A stretch of DNA of 64,000 nucleotides, from positions 2,939-66,938 of the forward strand of contig JAGBXB010000073.1 in assembly GCA_017629515.1 (NCBI GenBank). The letters are read 5' to 3'. This DNA comes from Lentisphaeria bacterium. GTDB lineage: Bacteria > Verrucomicrobiota > Lentisphaeria > Victivallales > UBA1829. Below are positions 1-9,498 of this stretch, piece by piece; position 1 is the first letter of the stretch; every line of letters begins with the position of its first letter. Under the pieces are notes generated by a model. The model did not search any database. It was not told where the DNA came from and saw nothing but the letters and a program-made list of their open reading frames with translations. The position numbers and the translations under genes are program-made.

Positions 1-1
1 C

Positions 2-460
2 AATTCAAGACAGGGCCCTCCGGGACGAAGTTACTATAATGTGGAATTCAGAAGTGACGGGATCTACGGGCTCAGTTATCCCGCCTACGGATACAATTAT
101 ATGGGAGTGGGTTCCAGCTGGGCGCATGATCAGAAATTTCTGTCCGATTCCAATGCCCGGCTGCGGGAGATCAAATATCCTGCCCGCCTTTATATGGCTA
201 TGGATACCAAGGATGCCGCAAACCAGTACGGGCACGCTCTTCTGCGGTGCAAAGCTTCCACTGACAGCAATAACGGTGTAGCGGATGCTTTCCGTCATAA
301 GGGGACGGTCAATATCCTTTACGGGGATAATCATGTGGGGAAAATAAAATGTTCCCCTTACCACGCTTATGCCCCCAATGCCCTCCACAGTTATGACCGC
401 GCTCCCTACAAGCCGGTAGCCTGGACGGGCGGCAGGTTCGGGAATGAAGATTTACAGTAA
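2..460 (+). CDS. Prepilin-type (DUF1559, H-X9-DG-like) pseudopilin-family protein, C-terminal fragment. The 5' end lies outside the window.
   Basis: The frame is open from position 2 with no stop upstream. The C-terminus 'RHKGTVNILYGDNHV' resembles the H-X9-DG signature of the four full-length paralogs in this window. It sits immediately upstream of a DUF4838-like gene, as does the 41803 paralog. Confidence 0.55.
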   Translation, partial: NSRQGPPGRSYYNVEFRSDGIYGLSYPAYGYNYMGVGSSWAHDQKFLSDSNARLREIKYPARLYMAMDTKDAANQYGHALLRCKASTDSNNGVADAFRHKGTVNILYGDNHVGKIKCSPYHAYAPNALHSYDRAPYKPVAWTGGRFGNEDLQ

Positions 461-542
461 TTTTGCAGATATTATCAGAATTTATCTTGTATTTGAGGCA
501 TTTGAGGGCTATAATACATTGATATAATCAAGGAGTTTCCCC

Positions 543-3323
543 ATGAAAAAGATGAATGTTACTTTATTGTTTTGCTGTTGTTTTCTTTTTACCTTTTCTG
601 CTTTTTCCCTGCCGGCAACTGCGGGAGCTGTTCTTGCGGAAAAAGGAAAGATCTGTGCAAAAGTTGTTCTTCTCCCCGATGCCGGAAAGGAGGAAACATT
701 TGCCGGAAAATTTCTGGAAAAATATCTTGAAAAGATCACCGGCGGCAAAATGCCTTCCGGTACGCAGAATAGTCTTTCCATTACTCTTGCAACTGTGAAA
801 AACGCTGCGGCAGTTCTGCCGGAAGATATGGTTTCCCAATTGAAAGAAAATGGTCACGGAGAAGCGTTTTACATCCGGATAAGTCCCGCCGGGATCTATA
901 TTGGAGGGAATACTCCCCAGGGAGTGCTCTACGGAGTTTTTACCTTTGTGGAAAAATATCTGGGTGTCAGATGGTTCCATGCCGGAAAGGATGGGGAACA
1001 TTGCCCGAAAACAGCTTCCATCACCCTTGCTTCCTGCAATGATTTCCAGTTCCCCGCCTTTACCCGCCGCAGTGCCGGAGGATGGCATGGTTCTGTAGCA
1101 CCCTGGGATATCGGAGATTATCATATCTGGCAGATCCGGAACAAAATGCAGGTACGGACTCCGCAGATGAATCAGAAAAATGTGGAAAAAACAGATGAGC
1201 GTCTTTTCGGAAACATGAAACGGGAATACGGTAATCACATGACATTTTTACAGGCGGTTCCGGATCGGCTTTTTAAAACCCATCCGGAATATTTCCCCTT
1301 GCAGAAGGGGAAAAGGACTCTTGTTCAACGCTCCCAGAGATGTCTTTCCAATCCGGAAGTACAGAAAAAAGTTATTGATTACGGTGTCCGCAAAGGTAGA
1401 GAAGGCGATCTTTTCGGCGTCGGGTTCCACGATTCCATCCATACCTGGTGCGAATGTGAAAACTGTATCAGAATGGGTACTTACAACGGGAAATACTCTT
1501 TAAGCAATATCGCCCATAAATTTGCTGCCGATATGACAAAAAAGATCCTGCAAGCCTGCCCGGATGCCGGCGGGCAGCGGGCTTTGATCTATGCCACTTT
1601 CCGCGAGCTGCCGGATGATCCCTCCATCCGGTACGATGAAAGAGTCATGGTTCTTTACTGTTCTCATGGCAGATGTTATGTGCATCCATTGAATTCTCCG
1701 GGAACTTCCTGCAATACCAAGTTCCTGCGGGATATAAAAGAGTGGAAAAAACGCTGTCCTTATATGGGGATCTACGATTATTATGCCTACTCCAATTCCC
1801 CTTACTGCCCGTTGGAATATATCCTTGCTGAAGACCTTAAATATTACTATCATACTCTGAATTTACGGGCTTTTTACGATGACAACACCAATAAAAAACT
1901 GCCCATAACGGAAAGTAACTGGCAGTTCCATTATGTTCTTGCCAAACTTCTCTGGAATCCGGATCTGGATATGGATAAACTGATGGATGAAACCTATACC
2001 CTTTATTATGGTAAAGCAGCTCCGATCATGAAAAAATATCATGCTGTCAGACGGCAATTGTGGGAAAATCTCCCCGGACATGTGGGGTATTGTATAAGCA
2101 ATGGCAGATACCGTTACTGTATTCCCGATGATAAAACGGCTTCCGCTCTTCTTGCCCAACTGCGCAGTGCAATAGAAATGGTCAAGGGGGAGGCTCTTTA
2201 TGTTTCCCGTATCCGGAGAGATGAAAAATTTTTGCGGGAATTCTGGATAAAAGATGGCAAAACTGCAAGAGACGGCCGTTCTGCATATAAACAGAGCCTT
2301 CGGGGAGTCTATGCCGGAGAAGGGAAAGTGAAAATCGACGGGAGTCTGGATGAGGAAGTCTGGAAAAAAGCCCCGCCGGTAAAGGGATTCCTGACCGGGG
2401 AAAGAACTCCCCCTCCGGAGGAAAGTGCCATCAGGATCGCTTATGACAGTACCTCCATTTATATCGGATGTGAACTTATGACCCGGAACACCTGGGGGGG
2501 AAAACTCAAAGCGGATGCTGTGAAAAAAGATTCCCATGTTTATCTGGATGACTCCATCGAGTTTTTCATCAATCAGGGGAACAACGATTATTACCATTTT
2601 GTTGTCAATTCTATTGGGACACTGTATGATGCCAGGATAAGAGACAGTTCCTGGGAATCCCGTGTGGAGGTCAAAACAAAAGTTCTGAAAGACCGCTATA
2701 TCGTGGAAGTGAAAATCCCTCTTGCGGATGTCCGGATCGATCTTACCGCAACTGCTCCGGTTAAAATGCACTTCTTCCGCAACTGTTTCTCTTTGCAGCC
2801 GCCTGCCAATGAGGTGAAGTTCGGATTGAACGGGAACCGCCCCCATGAACCGGTGGTTTTCCAGCAGGTGTATTTAAGTAATGCCATGGCTCTTCTGAAT
2901 GGGGATTTCACTCTTTTTGAGAAAAAAGGCAAATCTCTTTTCCCTGTCATGTGGAGCGGCAGATGGGCACTTTACGATGAAAAAGGCAAATTTTTCCATT
3001 TGAAAAGCGGCTCCATGTGGAGCAAACTCAATATTGCCAATTATTCCACTTCGGAATATCTGATCACCGGTACTGTGCAGGCTTCCGGCAAAGGCGTCCT
3101 TCAATTTGTCAAGAGTTCCTGTATAAGGGAAAAAGGGGATAAAAGACCATTCCGGCATGAATTGAAAGAGACGGTTTTCCGGACGGAACTTCAGGAACAA
3201 TGGCAGACTTACCCTGTCTCATTCAGAGTAAAAAAGAATGAAACAGGTTTTCTCACAGTCAATGGTACTGATGCAAAGATCCGTTCCATCCTTCTGCACA
3301 GGATCGTGGAAAAAAAGAAATGA
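543..3323 (+). CDS. Secreted DUF4838-like (glycoside-hydrolase-associated N-terminal domain) protein with a CBM9/DOMON-like carbohydrate-binding domain.
   Basis: N-terminal signal peptide (MKKMNVTLLFCCCFLFTFSAFSLPATA). The CBM9-like segment reads 'DGSLDEEVWKKAPPV...YLDDSIEFFINQ'. It is a paralogue of 42577..45501 with the same architecture. Confidence 0.55.
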   Translation: MKKMNVTLLFCCCFLFTFSAFSLPATAGAVLAEKGKICAKVVLLPDAGKEETFAGKFLEKYLEKITGGKMPSGTQNSLSITLATVKNAAAVLPEDMVSQLKENGHGEAFYIRISPAGIYIGGNTPQGVLYGVFTFVEKYLGVRWFHAGKDGEHCPKTASITLASCNDFQFPAFTRRSAGGWHGSVAPWDIGDYHIWQIRNKMQVRTPQMNQKNVEKTDERLFGNMKREYGNHMTFLQAVPDRLFKTHPEYFPLQKGKRTLVQRSQRCLSNPEVQKKVIDYGVRKGREGDLFGVGFHDSIHTWCECENCIRMGTYNGKYSLSNIAHKFAADMTKKILQACPDAGGQRALIYATFRELPDDPSIRYDERVMVLYCSHGRCYVHPLNSPGTSCNTKFLRDIKEWKKRCPYMGIYDYYAYSNSPYCPLEYILAEDLKYYYHTLNLRAFYDDNTNKKLPITESNWQFHYVLAKLLWNPDLDMDKLMDETYTLYYGKAAPIMKKYHAVRRQLWENLPGHVGYCISNGRYRYCIPDDKTASALLAQLRSAIEMVKGEALYVSRIRRDEKFLREFWIKDGKTARDGRSAYKQSLRGVYAGEGKVKIDGSLDEEVWKKAPPVKGFLTGERTPPPEESAIRIAYDSTSIYIGCELMTRNTWGGKLKADAVKKDSHVYLDDSIEFFINQGNNDYYHFVVNSIGTLYDARIRDSSWESRVEVKTKVLKDRYIVEVKIPLADVRIDLTATAPVKMHFFRNCFSLQPPANEVKFGLNGNRPHEPVVFQQVYLSNAMALLNGDFTLFEKKGKSLFPVMWSGRWALYDEKGKFFHLKSGSMWSKLNIANYSTSEYLITGTVQASGKGVLQFVKSSCIREKGDKRPFRHELKETVFRTELQEQWQTYPVSFRVKKNETGFLTVNGTDAKIRSILLHRIVEKKK

Positions 3324-3591
3324 TTTTTCCGGAATAAAACTTGCCGGGAAAGAAAAACTTATTGCCTGGTCCCTCCCGGCAGACAGTTCTGCCGATCATA
3401 AAATCCCTCTGTTTCCGGGGCGGAGGGATGTTCTGTTTTAAAAAAACGGGGGAGTTCTGCTTTAAAACCGGTAAAAAAGAAGATTTTTTCGTAAAAAAAT
3501 GACTTATCAAGTTGATTTTACCGCAAGATGAGTTAAATTTCTCAAAGTATAATTTTTACATTGCATCATGTTTTAAAGGAAGGAGAAAACG

Positions 3592-4740
3592 ATGCTTGAT
3601 TTTACCAGTTTCTATTCGGTGCCGGAAACATTCCCGGCTGACGGAATCACCCCCTGCACAGAAGGAGTAAAACCCATATTCCTGGCGGGGCCGGAGTACA
3701 AGGGGAAGAAAACCCGTATTTTTGCCTGGTACAGTTTGCCGGAAGGGGCATCCAAAGAAAATAAAGTACCCGGGATCGTTCTGCTCCACGGCGGAGGCGG
3801 TACAAGTTTTTCCTACTGGGCAAAAATGTGGAATGACCGTGGTTTTGCCGCTGTCGTGCCCGATATTTTCGGCGGCTTCCCCGGCAAAAAGAAGGCCGAT
3901 GGTAAACTGGAAGAAGCGGTGGAAAGCCATGAATTTTCCGGCCCTCTGCATAAAGACTGGTACAAACAGGCGGAAGATCCTGTGGAAGATCAGTGGGGTT
4001 ATCATGCCATTGCCGCAGTGGTCATTGCCCACAGTTTCCTGCGTTCCATGGAGGAAGTGGACAGCGACCGTACCGGGGTAAGTGGTATCTCCTGGGGCGG
4101 ATTCACCACTGCTCTTGCCATTCCCTTTGACTCCCGTTTCAAATTCGCCATGCCGGTCTACGGCAGCGGAGGGATCGCTGACGGATTGAAAGTCGTTCCC
4201 GGTACGGCTTCTGCCAAACAGATCAGAAAATGGGCTTCTCTCTGGGATCCCCAGAACTATCTTGCCAGAGCCAAAATGCCCATCCTTTGGCTGAACGGCT
4301 CCCATGATACCGCTTTCGATGTGATGAACTGGAACAAAACGGCATCTCTCCCCATGAAGTCCTACCGCTCTTTGCGTATCGACTTCCCCCACGGTCAGTA
4401 TCCGGGTTCTGAAGCACCGGAACTTCTCCCCTTTGCAAAAAGTGTTCTGGAAGAACGCCAGTATCCTGTTTTCTCCAAAGTATTTGTGGATGAAGAAGGG
4501 GAAAGACTTGGCGCAAAACTCAATGCTCCGGTAAAGATCACCAAAGCAAAACTTATTGCCACAAGAGCAAATCCCTGCTGGAATGACTGTCTCTTCCGGG
4601 AATATGCGGCGAGAGTCAATACGGAAAAAGGTTCCATTGTGGGCGATCTGCCCGAAGACTGGACAGCAGCCTACCTTATGATCGAAGATGAAACCGGAAG
4701 TGTCTATTCTTCCGAAGTTATCTTCTCCGAAGGGGAATGA
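3592..4740 (+). CDS. Alpha/beta-hydrolase fold esterase (acetyl esterase / dienelactone-hydrolase-like).
   Basis: Has 'LLHGGGG' and a nucleophile elbow 'GISWGG' (GxSxG). About 380 aa; RBS 'aaggaaggagaa' upstream. Confidence 0.5.
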   Translation: MLDFTSFYSVPETFPADGITPCTEGVKPIFLAGPEYKGKKTRIFAWYSLPEGASKENKVPGIVLLHGGGGTSFSYWAKMWNDRGFAAVVPDIFGGFPGKKKADGKLEEAVESHEFSGPLHKDWYKQAEDPVEDQWGYHAIAAVVIAHSFLRSMEEVDSDRTGVSGISWGGFTTALAIPFDSRFKFAMPVYGSGGIADGLKVVPGTASAKQIRKWASLWDPQNYLARAKMPILWLNGSHDTAFDVMNWNKTASLPMKSYRSLRIDFPHGQYPGSEAPELLPFAKSVLEERQYPVFSKVFVDEEGERLGAKLNAPVKITKAKLIATRANPCWNDCLFREYAARVNTEKGSIVGDLPEDWTAAYLMIEDETGSVYSSEVIFSEGE

Positions 4741-4821
4741 TTTTTTCCGCGATCCGAAACTTTTCACCCTGCCGGAAAATTCCGGCAGGGTGTTTTCTCA
4801 ATCATACAAAAGCCGTGTATT

Positions 4822-5625
4822 ATGTCCATTCTTATTACCAGTGCTAAAAATCCCCGCGTCAAACATGCCTGCTCCTTACGGGAACGGAAAGAAAGGGACA
4901 AAGAAAAAGTCACTATTCTGGAAGGGTACAGGGAACTTTCCCGTGCTCTTGCTCTGGGGATCAAATTCAGAGAGTGTTACTTTGCCCCGGAATTGTATCT
5001 GGGGGAAAATGAACCCGCCCTTATTGACGCAATAGAAAAAAGCGGTGCGGAATGTTTTGAAACCACTTCCACCATTTTACAGAAACTTGCCTACCGGGAA
5101 CGCCCGGAAGGATTGATCGCCATTGTGGAAATGGAGAAAAAAGGTCTGGAATGTATGCCCGTACTTTCCAACGGACTTTATCTTGTTGCTGAAACCATTG
5201 AAAAACCCGGTAATCTGGGAAGTATTTTACGCAGTGCCGATGCAGTCAATGCCACAGGTGTCATCATCTGCAACCGGCAGACGGATATATTCAATCCCAA
5301 TGTGATCCGGGCAAGTACCGGGGCTATTTTCTCCGTTCCTGTTGCGGAATGTACTTCCGAAGAAGCTGTGGCGTGGCTGCGGAAAAATAATATCCGTTCC
5401 CTTGCTGCCACCCCCCATACGGATCTGATCTATACAGAAAACGATATGACCGTGGCGACTGCCATTGTTGTCGGCGCAGAACAGTACGGACTTTCCGATT
5501 ACTGGATGAATAATGCCGATACCCAGGTGGTGATCCCCATGCTGGGCAAAATGGATTCCCTCAATGTCGCTACCGCTGCAACACTTCTTCTCTACGAAGC
5601 AGCAAGGCAGAGAAACTGGAAATAA
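4822..5625 (+). CDS. TrmH/SpoU-family RNA 2'-O-methyltransferase (RlmB-like).
   Basis: SpoU motifs 'ETIEKPGNLGSILRSADAVNATGVIIC' and 'SLNVATAATLLLYE', with an N-terminal substrate-binding domain. Confidence 0.8.
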   Translation: MSILITSAKNPRVKHACSLRERKERDKEKVTILEGYRELSRALALGIKFRECYFAPELYLGENEPALIDAIEKSGAECFETTSTILQKLAYRERPEGLIAIVEMEKKGLECMPVLSNGLYLVAETIEKPGNLGSILRSADAVNATGVIICNRQTDIFNPNVIRASTGAIFSVPVAECTSEEAVAWLRKNNIRSLAATPHTDLIYTENDMTVATAIVVGAEQYGLSDYWMNNADTQVVIPMLGKMDSLNVATAATLLLYEAARQRNWK

Positions 5626-5651
5626 CCCTTTCCAAAGGAGAAATATTTTTA

Positions 5652-7375
5652 TGAAAAACCTCACTCACAAAGTAGAATTCTGCGTTGTCGGCGGCGGGAT
5701 CGCCGGTATGTGTGCGGCAATTTCTGCCGCAAGACACGGTATAAAGACCATGCTTATCCATGACCGCCCTGTTTACGGCGGCAATGCCTCCAGTGAGATC
5801 CGTATGTGGATCTGCGGAAGTCCTCACTTTCTGGAAACCGGACTTGTGGAAGAGTTCCGGCTGGAAAATCTTTACCGCAACCATTATCCCAACTATTCCG
5901 TATGGGATACCATCCTTTATGAGAAGATCCGTTATCAGGAAAATCTTACCGCCCTTATGAATACCACCTGTGTTGAAGCGGCAAAAGAAGGCAACAGGAT
6001 CAAAAGCGTGAAATGCTGGCAGTTGACTACTGAAACATGGCATACTGTGGAAGCGGATATGTTCGCAGACTGTTCCGGTGACGGGATCCTCGCTCCCCTT
6101 GCCGGGGCGGATTTCCGTATCGGACGGGAAGCAAAAGCAGAATTCGGCGAAAGTCTTGGGCAGGATGTTGCCGACAGTAAAACAATGGGGATGAGTTGTC
6201 TTATCCAGGCACGGGAAACCGATCGCCCCCAGAAATTCACTCCCCCCAAATGGGCATACTCCTATCCCACTGAAGAATCCCTGCCGCCTCTCCGGGGGCA
6301 TGATATGAGCCGTTTGCAGAACTACTGGTATCTGGAACTCGGCGGAAATAGAGATTCCATCGGCGATGCGGAGGAAGTAAAGGATGAACTTCTGAAAGTA
6401 GCAATGGGAATGTGGGATCACATTAAAAATCACGGGGATCACGGTGCGGAAAATTATGTTCTGGACTGGATCGGATTCCTGCCGGGAAAACGGGAAAGCC
6501 GCCGTTTGATGGGCGATTATATCCTTTCCCAGAAAGATGTTCTGGAAGGAACGGAATTTGAAGATATGGTGGCATACGGCGGCTGGCCGGTGGACGATCA
6601 TCACCCCGACGGATTTGAATACAGAGGCGGGGAAGCCAATATCCATATCCAGCCGGATAATCCTTACGGGATCCCCCTGCGCTGTCTCTATTCCAGAAAT
6701 ATCGACAACCTTTTCTTTGCCGGAAGAAATATCTCCTGCACTCATGTCGGCATAAGTTCTACAAGAGTGATGGCGACCTGTGCCTGTGTGGGACAGGCTG
6801 CCGGTACTGCTGCCGCATACGCAGTCAAAAACAATATGACTCCCAGGGAAGTATGCAAAAATTTCATCACCGGTATTCAGAATACCCTTATGGATGACGA
6901 TTGTTTTCTCCCCGGAAAAGTCAGACCTGTATCTGCTCTCTGTCAGAAAGCCTCCCTGAAAGTTTCCTGCGGCGATGGGGAAGAACTGCGCAGCGGTATC
7001 GACCGTGCCATCGGGGAAAAGGCAAATGCCTGGGTATGCAATGAGGGTGACTGGGCGGAATATGATTTCGGGGCGCCTGTGGATCTGAAAAGAGTGCGTC
7101 TTATCTTTGACAGCCGTCTTTCCAGAAACAAAGGCAACTGGCATCTCAATATGATCTTCAACCGGTCATTGGATACTGCCGATTACAAGGTGGATGACTG
7201 CCTGGTGGAAGCCTATCACATTGAAGCGGATGGTAAAGAGATCTTCCGGGAAACAAACAACTATCAGAGACTTGTAAAGATCCCGGTGGATGTGAAAGCA
7301 GGCAAACTGCGTCTTGTTATTGACAAACTGCGGGGTAATGGCCCCCGGAATGTCTTTGCTTTTGAAGCAGAATAA
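5652..7375 (+). CDS. FAD-dependent oxidoreductase (FAD_oxidored family).
   Basis: Rossmann motif 'VVGGGIAGMCAAISAARHG'. I trimmed the start to the ATG at 5652, which is preceded by 'aaaggag'. The longer ORF from 5564 overlaps the trmH-like gene. Confidence 0.7.
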
Positions 7376-7397
7376 AGTACGGAGAAGTACGGAGAAA

Positions 7398-7447
7398 ACG
7401 GATAGGCGCGGAGGGGAAAGCCTCTGTGCTTATCCGTTACTTTTTTT
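7398..7447. terminator. Bidirectional rho-independent terminator between the FAD oxidoreductase gene (+) and dxs (-).
   Basis: Stem aacggata...tatccgtt (7398-7405 / 7431-7438) followed by a T7 run on the plus strand. It overlaps the dxs stop codon. Confidence 0.55.
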
Positions 7448-9292
7448 AAATTCTTTCAGGATCTCTTCTGCGATTTTTCCGGCAGTAAAATGGAATTTCT
7501 CCCTGATCCCCTCCATAGTTCCGTGGGGGATGATTTTATCCTCCGGCCAGGAAAAATGACGGACAAAGAAGGGGTTTTTTCTATAAACAAGCAGGGAATC
7601 GGTGATGGTATCCACGCCTGTTCCCGCAAGGGCATCCTCTATGGTGACAACAGGCATTTTTTCCGCATAAGAAAGGAAAAGATCTTTATCAAAAGGCTTG
7701 TAAAAGCGTCCGTTTACCACAGTACAGGAAATATGATTTTTTTCCAGGATTTCTACTGTTTGCAATGCTGTTTTACACTCTTTTCCCATCGCCCAGATCA
7801 GAAGATCTTTTCCCTCTTTCAATACTTCTGCTTTTCCCCATTGCAGAGGAGTTGTTTCCAGAGAATATTCTGAAAGAATACAACCGCCTCTGGGATAACG
7901 CAGAAGAACCGGGTGATCATATTGCAATGCGGCAGAAAGCATGGAAGAAAGTTCCTCCGGATCTTTCGGGGCAAGAATGGAAAGAAAGGGCATGGAAAGA
8001 AGAAAGGGCAGATCACTGAAACCGTGATGCGTAGGCCCATCCTCCACAAGACCTGCCCTGTCTGCACAGATCACTGCCGGAAGATCCTGTAAACAGATGT
8101 CATGGAAAAGATTATCCAGTGCCCGTTGTAAAAATGTGGCGTACATGGGGATGACTGCTTTCATCCCGGAAGCGGCAAGTCCCGCCGCAAAAGTCATGGC
8201 ATGACCTTCTGTTATCCCTGTATCGAAAAAGCGTTCAGGATACTTGCGGGCGAAAGCGGATAAGCCTGTCCCGGAGGGCATGGCGGCAGTAACAGCAACG
8301 ATTCTTTTATCTTTTTGGGCTTCCTTGCAGAGTGTTTCCCCGAAAACTGCGGAAAATGTCTTTTGGGAGGAGGGTTCGGATAATCCCGTATCCGGATCAA
8401 ATGCGGAGACTCCGTGATACCGTTCCGGGGCTTTTACGGCATAATCGCATCCATGACCTTTTTCTGTGATCACATGCACAAGGACAGGACGGTTGAATTT
8501 TTTCACCGAGGAAAAAGTCTTGACCATTTCAGGTATATCATGCCCGTTTACCGGGCCCACATACCGTATGCCCAGTTCCTCAAAGAAAAAGCCCGGAACG
8601 ATAAGACTTTTCACAGCCGCTTCCATTTTCTGGATATTGCCGATAAGTCCTTTGCCGCTGGGCAGGCGTTTGACTGCCATTTTGACGGCTGCTTTGAAAC
8701 GGTTGTAGGCTGTTCCGGTAATGATCCTGTTGAGATAGTGGCGCAGCGCCCCCACAGAAGAGGAGATGGACATTTTATTATCGTTGAGAACAATAATGAG
8801 ATTTTTACAGCTGGAACGCACATTATTCAATGCTTCCATGGAAACACCGTTGATCAGAGAGCCATCCCCCACAACGGCAATAATATGTTCACTGCCTTTC
8901 CGCAAATCCCGTTCTGCGGCAAATCCCATGGCGGCGGAAAGGGCACTTCCGGCATGACCGGCAATGAATGGATCGTAGGGGGATTCTTTTCTGGATGGAA
9001 AGGGGGAAAGTCCGTCATCCAGACGCAGGGAGGAAAAATTTTCCTCTCTTCCGGTAAGGATCTTATGGGTATAGCTCTGATGACCCACATCGAAAAAGAT
9101 CTTGTCTTCCGGGCAGTGGAAAACTCTGTGCAGAGCCACAGTAAGTTCCACTGTTCCCAGATTGGGGGCAAGGTGTCCGCCGTTACGGGAGACTGTTTCA
9201 ATGATCTTTTCCCTGATCCGGCAGCATAATTCATTCAACTGAGTTTCTCCAAGTTTTTTCAACTTTTCCGGAGAATCTGCTTTGTCCAGCAT
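7430..9292 (-). CDS. dxs: 1-deoxy-D-xylulose-5-phosphate synthase.
   Basis: N-terminus 'LLDKIDSPADLKKL..LCxEIR..', the TPP-binding 'GDGxxxxG' motif, and about 620 aa. Classic DXS signatures throughout. Confidence 0.93.
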   Translation of the reverse strand: MLDKADSPEKLKKLGETQLNELCCRIREKIIETVSRNGGHLAPNLGTVELTVALHRVFHCPEDKIFFDVGHQSYTHKILTGREENFSSLRLDDGLSPFPSRKESPYDPFIAGHAGSALSAAMGFAAERDLRKGSEHIIAVVGDGSLINGVSMEALNNVRSSCKNLIIVLNDNKMSISSSVGALRHYLNRIITGTAYNRFKAAVKMAVKRLPSGKGLIGNIQKMEAAVKSLIVPGFFFEELGIRYVGPVNGHDIPEMVKTFSSVKKFNRPVLVHVITEKGHGCDYAVKAPERYHGVSAFDPDTGLSEPSSQKTFSAVFGETLCKEAQKDKRIVAVTAAMPSGTGLSAFARKYPERFFDTGITEGHAMTFAAGLAASGMKAVIPMYATFLQRALDNLFHDICLQDLPAVICADRAGLVEDGPTHHGFSDLPFLLSMPFLSILAPKDPEELSSMLSAALQYDHPVLLRYPRGGCILSEYSLETTPLQWGKAEVLKEGKDLLIWAMGKECKTALQTVEILEKNHISCTVVNGRFYKPFDKDLFLSYAEKMPVVTIEDALAGTGVDTITDSLLVYRKNPFFVRHFSWPEDKIIPHGTMEGIREKFHFTAGKIAEEILKEFKKSNG

Positions 9293-9498
9293 TCCTTCTG
9301 ATCCTTTTTTTTATTTTTTTGCATGGAATTTACTCCGGAAAAGGGAAAATATCAAGAAAAAGACAGCCGGAATGTGTTTTTTTTTCAAAAAAAATCTTTT
9401 TTTATGTATTTTCAGATTGCCGAAAGGATTTTATATGCTATATTCTATAATGAAATAATGTTTAAATTCTTTATGTTTATTGCCGGAAGGAGAGAAGT

